The position numbers and the translations under genes were made by a program. From assembly GCA_048359995.1 (NCBI GenBank), contig DBGCPK010000005.1, positions 56,585 to 120,584 of the forward strand: a DNA stretch of 64,000 bases, written 5' to 3'. Origin of the DNA: Bacilli bacterium. Lineage in GTDB: Bacteria; Bacillota_I; Bacilli_A; RFN20; CAG-449. Shown here one piece after another: positions 20,101 through 28,012 of the stretch (its first letter is position 1; each line of letters begins with the position of its first letter). Below the pieces are notes generated by a model. That model worked only from the letters and a program-made list of their open reading frames with translations, did not search any database and was not told the origin of the DNA.

Positions 20101-20543
20101 ATGTTCTCATTAACGCTAACAACGTGCAAGAATATGTAGGACATGAGTTCTTATATACAAGCTTTATTGACGGCAATTTTGTCGCTAATACAGTCAAATT
20201 AGAATCTTACATTGTTTCGAGCAAATTAGTTGAACGTTACGATATTGTAACGGAAAGCACATTAAATCATATTGCCAATGGATTACTTGCATGCTCGGAT
20301 ACATTGGTAGGAATTTGCAATATGTTCAAGTTTGATGATGACTTTACTTATGACATTGTGCAGTTGCAAATCGATATAGAAACATACGGATTATATACGT
20401 ATGATGAATGGAGGAAATATATATCATATGAGGATTTTGTTTCTTTCAATGGTGCATATTTTAAAATTGCCGTAGGAAAGGGATTAATAAGCGTAGATGA
20501 AATATTATCGCTTCTTGATGATTTGTCTGAAAATCGCGCATAG
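17160..20543 (+). CDS. Large surface protein: N-terminal TM anchor, Big_2-like Ig domains, LRR-like segment, multiple Listeria-Bacteroides (Flg_new) repeats, C-terminal Hint domain plus about 80-aa extension
   Basis: Repeated Y.I.YD.NGG...P.R.GYTF.GW units. Hint hallmarks CFTKGTMLMLGDGT, VGHGLF and YDIVTESTLNHIANGLLA. Confidence 0.75.
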   Translation: MNDKITAKNGIIKILSIIVVAILAIAVTVIGILLLNKDSNTENASYSIIVDDEITIYEGDTFTLVPYLVNKDGTVVESRFDYSASDKAISVNVDGVISVNSIPENDVHVSIYERNTSTTAEVNVNIVGRLTKVLGITFSDLAGNKMLVSGTQNLKLGETYIIDVVTEPRNVEIENYCLLQALNSSGTEKNVFEFAYTKTNVSMTAVGLGSGTLLLDITNDDNQSIYDTDFDFSVSMSDENLSEEILNSTNTTLLSKEELNKIEKVELSQNVSNLDGLQNLTSLKTVVFTADEVMNIENISQNYCYRIKTNLFENYLDANNWADYLKCIIPYEESADELFIVYHNAKTATGEENVVYERLENIANFPTYIFEGYTNFGWLDGTETEVSLSQVKASVKSNGIHLYAGWNPISYKVVYHIRDSEVANKEEIFYYDTEYLLKVPNEIDSSITHTGYKFAGWTRNRNSNTFSPNVQFRNGDAISNLTSEADAIIDLYDIWEPIEYTVIFSSVEGMEEIADLTAKYNTAYTLPTPSRPGYAFNYWKLNNGDILNAGIQDPNLDSELNLSSIEGAEIILTPDFTEITYTITFRLNGGQALQDLSFVDGYRKTLYYEEEYTLPYLTKEGYTRYYWLCAENGKQYKLDENNKGPKLLQEFTTACEVTFSAVWTSAEYSINYDCNGGNIAGDSYVTDTRFWDDGGSLLTPQRIGYTFVKWQDIDHEDISYVPEDAGWTSNLIKSAQEDGAEFNFKAVWQINYYDLTISTGAGTSLSVKVNDQTKLDGTYSVAYNSTITVSYSANTGYSNAECTFPGGNMPANNLTIKSSATINKHNVTIIIGSGSYMTVNIGGTSYSNNQTVKNVAYGTSISVSNYGATNGYHDGWASCDYSTMPDYDITVSSGATPDSCFTKGTMLMLGDGTSVAVENLRINDIILAFDHSTGQYVESRILYTYYGYDYVPSIELYFSNKAVLEFLNVGHGLFDATMNEYVLINANNVQEYVGHEFLYTSFIDGNFVANTVKLESYIVSSKLVERYDIVTESTLNHIANGLLACSDTLVGICNMFKFDDDFTYDIVQLQIDIETYGLYTYDEWRKYISYEDFVSFNGAYFKIAVGKGLISVDEILSLLDDLSENRA

Positions 20544-20578
20544 ATTTCTATTATCATTAAAGTGAATCGGAGGTTGAT

Positions 20579-21208
20579 ATGGCTAAAATAAAATTAATAA
20601 CAGTAAAGTGCGCTCACTGCGGTAAAGAGAGCGAGCAGACAACAGTTTATAGTAGCAGTTCATTCGGTAGTATGGATTTAGATACTAGACCGCCGATGTC
20701 CGATATGACGTTGCAATATGAAGTGCAGGAGTGTCCTCACTGTCATTTCTGCAATAATACAATTGTAGATGCTACAAATATTCCGGAGTCATTTTCTCCG
20801 GAATATGATGCACTATCAAAGGATAACATCATTTCCCAAACCGCTAAAAAATTCTTGTTGGCAGCAATGCTTCGGGCTCAAATCGGAGACAATCTTAAAG
20901 CCGGGGAGTACTATTTAAAGGCCGCTTGGGTATTTGACGATGAAAATGCTCAAGAAGCCGCTATAGATGCACGTAAAAATGCAGCAATAAAATTCCGTGA
21001 GTATGTTGATGCTACCGACGATGGTAATGTCGCCATTGTGCTAGTAGATGTCCTCAGACGTGCAGGAGATTTTAAAGCTGCAGCAGACCTCATAGACTTA
21101 ATAGGTAATACCGAAGATAAACTTTTAAACAATATTCTTTCGTTTGAAAAATCATTAATAAGTAAAAACGATACGTCCTGCCATAACATGGGAGAAATAG
21201 CTGAATGA
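20579..21208 (+). CDS. Zinc-ribbon (CxxC...CxxC) plus helical-repeat protein
   Basis: CAHCG...CPHCHFC followed by an Ala-rich helical TPR-like region. Candidate partner or immunity-type protein for the upstream gene. Confidence 0.5.
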   Translation: MAKIKLITVKCAHCGKESEQTTVYSSSSFGSMDLDTRPPMSDMTLQYEVQECPHCHFCNNTIVDATNIPESFSPEYDALSKDNIISQTAKKFLLAAMLRAQIGDNLKAGEYYLKAAWVFDDENAQEAAIDARKNAAIKFREYVDATDDGNVAIVLVDVLRRAGDFKAAADLIDLIGNTEDKLLNNILSFEKSLISKNDTSCHNMGEIAE

Positions 21209-22305
21209 TATTCGGGAACAAATACACTAAAACCCGAATATCAACGCCTTATTCGAAATTGTCCGAAATGGAATTATTATCGAGGTTTGAGAGCGATAGC
21301 TGGACTAAATTAAATCAACAGGAAAAAATCGATACTATTCAAGAATTAGAAAATCGATACGCAGTCGAGCAAAAAAGACCAGTATCTAAAATTGAGGCAG
21401 AGGACAACTCTTACAATTATGGTTCCTATGCAAAATCGGAAAATACTATCCGTATTCGTATGGAGGATAGTAAAGCAAATACATCTTATGAGATGCTGGA
21501 TTCTTACTATCATGAGAGCAGACACGCACAACAATATCAAGCAATCGAGTCGGGTAAAGGATTGGATGAGACTACACGGAATGTTTGTCAGACTGAATTA
21601 CGAGGCAATTACGTTGGCGGCGGAAAATATTATGACATGCAGACTTGTGAAATGGATAGCAATAACTATGCGGCAGACAAGATGTTGTCAAACAAAAAAC
21701 TCTTCGAGGGGGATGAAAAGTATAACGAGTATTTAGAACGACTCCAAGAACATTTCGAAGAGGTTAATAAAAGTTGTCATGAAGATGAAGATTTTAGAGC
21801 TCGTCAGCAAATTAATAATGTAGATAAGAGCTTAGCACGCGGTAGTATTACGGAAAAACAAGCAAACCAAATCAAAGAGCAAGTATACAGTGACAACGAC
21901 GATCCCGTATTAGCAGAGAGCTGTGATATTGAGGATAGACTACGAGAAGAAAACTCTGAACGTTTAGAAAATAGAAATTCAGCATCAAACGACTTGACAT
22001 TAGAACAAAAGCGCGAACAATTTTTCGAAACCGAAAGCACTGACGCTGAAACAAACTATAGTCAAAACGATATAAGTAAACGTCAACAGTTTTTTGAGAG
22101 AGATGAATCATCTGATGATCAAGAGCAAGTATCAGACAACCTAGCTAATTCAGAAGAGGACACACATAGCAAGCACGAGCAATTTTTTGAAGACAGCGGA
22201 AGCAATAATGGGCAAGGAGATGGCGAAGGAAATACTGAAGCGTTCGGCGAAAGTGAACATAGTGGCGAGAGTGAGCAATCCTCTCAAACGAATTCAATTA
22301 CATAG
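21205..22305 (+). CDS. HExxH-motif protein (putative zincin-like) with acidic disordered C-terminal tail carrying repeated [KR][HQ]x[EQ]FFE motifs
   Basis: YYHESRHAQQ contains H-E-x-x-H. The tail repeats EQFFETES, RQQFFERDES and HEQFFEDSGS. Confidence 0.6.
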   Translation: MIFGNKYTKTRISTPYSKLSEMELLSRFESDSWTKLNQQEKIDTIQELENRYAVEQKRPVSKIEAEDNSYNYGSYAKSENTIRIRMEDSKANTSYEMLDSYYHESRHAQQYQAIESGKGLDETTRNVCQTELRGNYVGGGKYYDMQTCEMDSNNYAADKMLSNKKLFEGDEKYNEYLERLQEHFEEVNKSCHEDEDFRARQQINNVDKSLARGSITEKQANQIKEQVYSDNDDPVLAESCDIEDRLREENSERLENRNSASNDLTLEQKREQFFETESTDAETNYSQNDISKRQQFFERDESSDDQEQVSDNLANSEEDTHSKHEQFFEDSGSNNGQGDGEGNTEAFGESEHSGESEQSSQTNSIT

Positions 22306-22325
22306 TTTATTTTGAGGGAAAGTAT

Positions 22326-22852
22326 ATGAGTCATATTATTGATGGATACGCAAGTGAAAGCGAAATAAGTAGTTTTATTGGTGGAAACCCCGTTGTCGCT
22401 GCCTATGCAAAAAACAAGGATAATCCAAATGAGTATTACTATGAATATTGGTCAAGTATAAAGCATCCAGAGACGGGAGAAAGGCTTCAAGCCGTAAAAG
22501 GGTACTGTAATCCTAATGATTTTAACCAATGCTATTACGCAGAATATCGAGATGCTGAAGGCAATTCTTACCATTATCTCGACTCCAGATATTATCATGA
22601 TCCGGAGTTGTGCGGCAATAAATCAATTTCACAACAGCAATCGGAAGATGCAGCTGAGTGGAAAGAAAATTTTCTACTCGAAAGCACGAAGAATTCTTTG
22701 AGAAATCATCGGGCGAAGACACATCAAAAACAAGTGAAAAACATCAGGCTTTTTTTGAAAAAACAAATGGTTCTAACGAAAGTGTTTCTAGTTCAGAAGA
22801 GTCATCTAATGACAAATCAAATGCTAATGGAAATATTAATAGTCAATCATGA
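22326..22852 (+). pseudogene. Frameshifted paralog-like gene with the same FFE-repeat acidic tail (frameshift near 22645-22665)
   Basis: Frame A (22326-) and frame B (22658-22852) are each open. The FFEK repeat motifs HEEFFEKSSG and HQAFFEKTNG are encoded only in frame B. The switch lies in an A-rich run, GGAAAGAAAATTTT. Confidence 0.5.
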
Positions 22853-23193
22853 TGATTGTTGAGAGAAATTACGCAGACAGAGTTCTCATCTTATTAAGTG
22901 AATTAGTTCATATTTTTCCAGAAGATTATCAAGCGCAACTTCAGCTTCTTGAGCAGCAATTAAATGAACTAAGCTGTGATGAGGATTTGATTATTTTTGT
23001 AATACATTTCCTAAAAAAATATTTACTTAAAAATAGCAACAAGCCCCCAAAAGCAGTTTTTTTCGAAGAGTGCAAAGAGGAAAAAGCCAGTAACATTAAT
23101 TGTGTAAACGTTAAGATTGATGAATTAATTGCGGCGCTGAATTGGTTATTAGACGGGCAAAATCAAACTGAATTTAAAGGAATTATTAGATAG
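22849..23193 (+). CDS. Small hypothetical helical protein (114 aa)
   Basis: ATGA overlap with the upstream gene; acidic/helical composition; no motif. Confidence 0.5.
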   Translation: MMIVERNYADRVLILLSELVHIFPEDYQAQLQLLEQQLNELSCDEDLIIFVIHFLKKYLLKNSNKPPKAVFFEECKEEKASNINCVNVKIDELIAALNWLLDGQNQTEFKGIIR

Positions 23194-23195
23194 CA

Positions 23196-24506
23196 ATGAT
23201 AAAACAGATACTTTCGGGGAATTTATTAGAAAAGAATAGCCCTCCAGTGATAGATGATCCACTTATCTATATTAATGGAACATGTAATGGTTCCCGCGCA
23301 TCGTTTATGCTAAATGAGAGCATTTTGAGTAAACATATGATGCTCATAGGTGGAACTGGGTGTGGCAAAACTAATACTTTTCTCCATTTGGTTAAACAAC
23401 TTAAATCCAGCATGACAGAAGACGATGTGATGATTATTTTTGATACAAAAGGCGATTATCATAGTAAGTTTTTTAATTCTAACAAGGATTACGTTTTGTC
23501 CGCATCATCTCTGTATAAACAAGACGCTTGTACATGGAATATATTTAGCGAAATTTTAGCTGACGGCAATAGAGCAAGCGAAATTGAACCTAATATTGCA
23601 GAAATATCATGGGGACTTTTTAGCGTGAGCATCGAAAAAAATAATAGTAATCCATTTTTCCCTAATGCAGCAAGAGACCTTTTTTCTTCGATTTTAACAT
23701 GTATTGTAAGGTATGCTGAAGGGAGAGAAGACTGGATATCTAAATATTTACATAATGCTTTTTTGAAAACTAAACTTGATAAAATGAATGCTAAAGCAAT
23801 TGGTGAATTGCTGAAGGACTACGATGATCAAGCTGCTGTAATGAGTTACATTGGCAATGGAGAGAATCAACAAGGGTTGGGCGTAATGGCCGAGATGCAG
23901 TCAGTTATCAGGAAAGTATTTGTAGGTGCATTCGCAGAGAAGGGTGACTTCTCCATTAGAAAATTTATTAGAGACAAAGGAGCTAAAACACTTTTTATCG
24001 AATATGACTTGTCGCGGGGAGCCACATTAACTCCAATATACAAGTTACTTATTGACCTGGCATTAAAGGAAGCAATGAGCAGAAAATGCAAAGGTAATGT
24101 GTATTTATTCTGTGACGAGTTTAAACTGTTACCTTACTTACAACATATCGAAGACGCGGTTAACTTTGGGCGTTCTTTAGGTGTTAAGGTTTTTGCAGGA
24201 CTTCAAAGTATAGATCAGCTCTATGAAAATTATGGCGAAGCTAGAGGAAAAAACATTATCGCTGGATTTTCAAGCGTTTTATCTTTCAAGGCCAATGATG
24301 AAGACACACGAACTTTTACCTCTGGATTATACGGTAAAAATTACATATTGGAGCAGTATAGAGTATTGGAAAATGCTTATGCCGAAGATAAAAGATTAGG
24401 CTCTGTTGTTGAAGATTGGGAAATTTGTAGCTTACAAGTTGGTGAAGCAGTTGTTGGGTTGCCTAACACAGCACCATTCAAATTTAAATTCGATTTATAT
24501 AGGTGA
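23196..24506 (+). CDS. VirD4/TraG-family (type IV coupling protein-like) P-loop ATPase, soluble form lacking N-terminal TM segment
   Basis: Walker A LIGGTGCGKTNT, Walker B LFCDEF, NPFFPNAARDLFSSIL (the DPFW..AA..LL motif of T4CPs), and GRSLGVKVFAGLQSIDQLYENYG (the GRS.G.....Q...QL..YG block). Confidence 0.65.
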   Translation: MIKQILSGNLLEKNSPPVIDDPLIYINGTCNGSRASFMLNESILSKHMMLIGGTGCGKTNTFLHLVKQLKSSMTEDDVMIIFDTKGDYHSKFFNSNKDYVLSASSLYKQDACTWNIFSEILADGNRASEIEPNIAEISWGLFSVSIEKNNSNPFFPNAARDLFSSILTCIVRYAEGREDWISKYLHNAFLKTKLDKMNAKAIGELLKDYDDQAAVMSYIGNGENQQGLGVMAEMQSVIRKVFVGAFAEKGDFSIRKFIRDKGAKTLFIEYDLSRGATLTPIYKLLIDLALKEAMSRKCKGNVYLFCDEFKLLPYLQHIEDAVNFGRSLGVKVFAGLQSIDQLYENYGEARGKNIIAGFSSVLSFKANDEDTRTFTSGLYGKNYILEQYRVLENAYAEDKRLGSVVEDWEICSLQVGEAVVGLPNTAPFKFKFDLYR

Positions 24507-26047
24507 TCAGAATGTTAAGAGCGATTTTTGGTTTTTTTGTCGGTCTATTTCGACGCAGTTCAAATCTTAGAAATACTGAACAGCAATTAAATAATATTGA
24601 TGTTCAGAATGAAACAAACAAAAATGTCGTTGAGTATCGGAATAATGCCATAGAAGCATTTGTTCCAAACGGAACTGAAAATATTGTTGTTTCTGGTTCA
24701 AATGAAAGTTTACGTAATAGAGTAAACTGCGCATCTGCTTGGCGTTGCCATGAGGTGGGAAGGGCAGCAGTCATTTTACATTGCAGTAATTATCAGTTAT
24801 CTGAGCTGATCGATGAAACATTTAGCGGCGAGAGGGGCTTTCATAATTTGAATAGTCGTAATCCATATTACGATCCTTTTGTTGGCTTAAACCGTTCGGA
24901 AATTTCACAGATGATTTTGAGTTCATCTGGTAGCAATTATAAAATTGAGCGAATAGGAAATTCGTATATATATGGATTAATCGATTACCTTCAGCTAATT
25001 GGTAGACCTATTTGCGTTGAAACTTTTAATAACTGCTTACGAGATAGAAGCTACGAACAAATTATGGAGCAGGCAGAACGAGGAAATATTTCCGAATTTA
25101 TTGCTAGGCGAATTAATTCAGAATTAGCACAAGGAAAACTTGAAGCTGGAAACATTGAACAATACTTTACGGTATTAAAGCAGCAAACTGGAAATACTCT
25201 AGCTGATGAATCATCCGTCTCTAATGCTATCAGTATTAAAAAAGCTTTAAGACAAAATGAAATCATAGCATTTGATATCGGTGATGCATCCAATTCATTA
25301 TTACTTAATTTGGTTATTCAAGAAATAAGAGATGCAATTTCTGCAGGACTAAGATTTACACTGATTATTGATTCAATTCCAGTTGATTCATCGGAATCTC
25401 TTGGACAGTTGATGAGGAATTTTTCAGGTATGTGCTCGTTTGTTTATTCGTCTCCAGATGCATATACAAGTGCTCAAAGTACAGCAAATATTTTTGACAC
25501 CATTCTTGGACGAGCCAATACCGTATTTGTATTGCAGCATTCATCTACTTCCAGTGGAAGATTTTCTCAGTTTTTAGGTCAATATCAAAAAATAGAAGTT
25601 AATCATACTTTTACAAGCGGAGATACATATGCAACATTTGGGCAAATTCTGCCCGGTTCATCATCTGCAAATATTTACGGAACGCAATTGGTTAATAGAG
25701 CTCGAGTAGAGGAAAACGAAATTTCATCTCAGAGTCCCGAGCACGTATATATTAAAAGAAGTGGAACCAATGAGATAATAAGTGTGAGGTGTACAGGTGG
25801 TAGCGCAAAGACTCATTACGAAACGCCGCAAATAAATATTTCACGCCGTCCTAGAGCAACCAGACGAAGAATGAGTTGGATTGTTTTTATTTTATTGTTC
25901 GTTTTCTGTTGTCCGGCTGCATTTATTTACTCGTTTGTAAAATCGGGCAGAATAGGAAAAATTGTCAGTGCAATATTCTTTTTCTTAGTGCTGGCATTGT
26001 ACATTTGTCAGATTGTTTTAATTGTCAATGGTAGGACGGTTAGTTAA
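24503..26047 (+). CDS. Polytopic membrane protein (514 aa), N-terminal TM and two C-terminal TM helices
   Basis: ATGA overlap with the upstream ATPase gene. Hydrophobic N-terminus AIFGFFVGLF. C-terminal helices WIVFILLFVFCCPAAFIYSF and IVSAIFFFLVLALYICQIVLIV. Confidence 0.6.
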   Translation: MIRMLRAIFGFFVGLFRRSSNLRNTEQQLNNIDVQNETNKNVVEYRNNAIEAFVPNGTENIVVSGSNESLRNRVNCASAWRCHEVGRAAVILHCSNYQLSELIDETFSGERGFHNLNSRNPYYDPFVGLNRSEISQMILSSSGSNYKIERIGNSYIYGLIDYLQLIGRPICVETFNNCLRDRSYEQIMEQAERGNISEFIARRINSELAQGKLEAGNIEQYFTVLKQQTGNTLADESSVSNAISIKKALRQNEIIAFDIGDASNSLLLNLVIQEIRDAISAGLRFTLIIDSIPVDSSESLGQLMRNFSGMCSFVYSSPDAYTSAQSTANIFDTILGRANTVFVLQHSSTSSGRFSQFLGQYQKIEVNHTFTSGDTYATFGQILPGSSSANIYGTQLVNRARVEENEISSQSPEHVYIKRSGTNEIISVRCTGGSAKTHYETPQINISRRPRATRRRMSWIVFILLFVFCCPAAFIYSFVKSGRIGKIVSAIFFFLVLALYICQIVLIVNGRTVS

Positions 26048-26706
26048 AAAATATAGCATCTATACTGATTTAATACTTGCTAAAGCAAATCAGTAAAGAA
26101 ACAAATTAATTTATGCAAGTTGTGCAATGATAATATCTTTAATTGTTATTTGCTGTTTGATAGTAACAAGGGTAACGATATGATCAACGGTATAAGCATT
26201 TTGATTGTATGTCGAGGAAGAATAGTTCTTCTTTATACTGCAAAATCTTTGCAGCTTGAACAATTTTATTCAATAATACTGAAAGATTTTTAATTTTCGT
26301 CAGGTGACAACTTAAATTCAGTTAAAAAAAGAAAAACGAAGAAAAGACAAAGTAAGTTCCGAAAAAAGAGACAGGGAGTTGCTATTTTCATGACAAAGTA
26401 AGTTCAGCCAGTAAAAGAATTCAATGAAACTATTGATAAAAAACAGAAATTACCTTAATATGAAGATGCTTAAAGATAGCAAAAAGACAAAGAAAAAAGA
26501 ACTCACGGAATATCGTTGCCAAACTCAATTCCGTAAATTGATGGGTATATATTTTTGTTAATTTGTCCTTGCCATATGCATCTTTAAGTTTTTTTATTCT
26601 TTATATTTTCTAATAAGTGATTTGGTTAGATGAATACCATCAAATGGATTTTTTTTTGATATTAGGAGAGTCAAGTATTTCACTTCCAAAGATAAATTCA
26701 AAGATT

Positions 26707-27535
26707 TCATATTGCAGGAAATATTTTTTTAAAATTATCAATTCCAATTCTATCTTGAATGAAATTAAATGCTGAAACAATCGTTGAAGCTTCTTTATTA
26801 AGAACTAAGATACCAATCATAAAATTTGAAAAAGGAAATAGAAGAGTCATTAGATATTGTGAATCATTGGTTTTACCAATAACTAAATCAAGTTGAGGAA
26901 TATATACTTGACGATTTTCTGCAAGAAATTTTAAATAGTCTTCATACATTCTTCCATCTCTGATTGCTTGTAATTCTTTTCTTTCTTTGTCTTTGTACTT
27001 GTAAGCTTTTCTTGGCTTCATTTTTACTTTATTTCGTAAATCATGATCTTTTATTTGAAGATATCTATTTGTTACATAATGGTAAACAGTTCTTTCGGAT
27101 ACACCTATCTCAGGATGATTGATCATAGTAGTAATGATGAATCCGACAAGAACCAGTCTTTTGACAACCATTGCATACATAAGGGAATCTAGTTAAACGA
27201 GAACAAGTCTTGATAACAAAATCTTACAAATGAGAGTAAGATCTTTCGTAATACATTTTCTACATTCATATGCACATAATGTTGAACAGACTTTCGTTTT
27301 CTTACATTCCTTTACTTTTGAACAAATACAACAATATGGACGAATATAATCACCGCGTTTTACTTGTTTTACATAACGATGCTTCCGAATTTCTTTGGAG
27401 AATGAAGTAGGATCTTTTCCAATCTTCCTCGCAATTTCATTTTATTTTGTTCCTTTTTTGATTTCAATTAAGATAGTATCTCTTTGATCGAGAGTCATAT
27501 GTGTTCCTTTTGCCATTCTTTTCCTTCCTTTCTTT
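26707..27535 (-). mobile_element. IS30-family transposase gene remnant (in-frame stops, 3'-truncated)
   Basis: Reverse-strand translation gives an IS30-like HTH (IARKIGKDPTSFSKEIRKHRY, cf. IA..L.RSPSTISREIQRN). It also gives the catalytic-core region DLVIGKTNDSQYLMTLL (cf. GHWEGDLVSGTKNSHIATLV). The reading frame is broken by stop codons and ends before the final third of the DDE domain. Confidence 0.55.
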
Positions 27536-28012
27536 TTGGCGAGGTCCATCTTCATTATACTATTGTCACACTAAATTTCACTTTTCCTTTTTTAAACTGA
27601 TTTTATGTTGGCACTTATCGGATTTTTAATTTTTATAAAAATTGTTCATCAGTTAATGCTTTGAAAATGACGAAAAGATATTGAGCATTCTTGCAAAAAA
27701 AGGGGATTGCCAAACTTTGGGTATATAAAGAAGTTGAAAATATCTGTTCGTTACTCTATTTTGCGGGTTCAACATTCTTATTATATAAATCTTTTACAGA
27801 TAACGAAAAGGCGGAAGAGCGGAGAATCAATGTGTTGTCGTTTTTCATGATAAATAAGTTATTTCACAGAAAAAAAGTTTAATTTTTTCTTTTTAACTCT
27901 GGTTTTTTACGGGAAAACGCGTCGATCAACCGGCAGTTGATTCGTTCAATTTTAATTATTTTGCTTTTTTTGCATAACTGCACTTATACTAAAAGCGAGG
28001 AGGTTGTTGAAA

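Noticed and set aside
26672-27585. Possible IS terminal repeats (GTCAAGTATTTCACTT at about 26672 and GTCACACTAAATTTCACTT at about 27566)
   Set aside because: The two copies are in direct, not inverted, orientation and are only loosely similar. They are not convincing IS30 ends, and the transposase gene itself is truncated.
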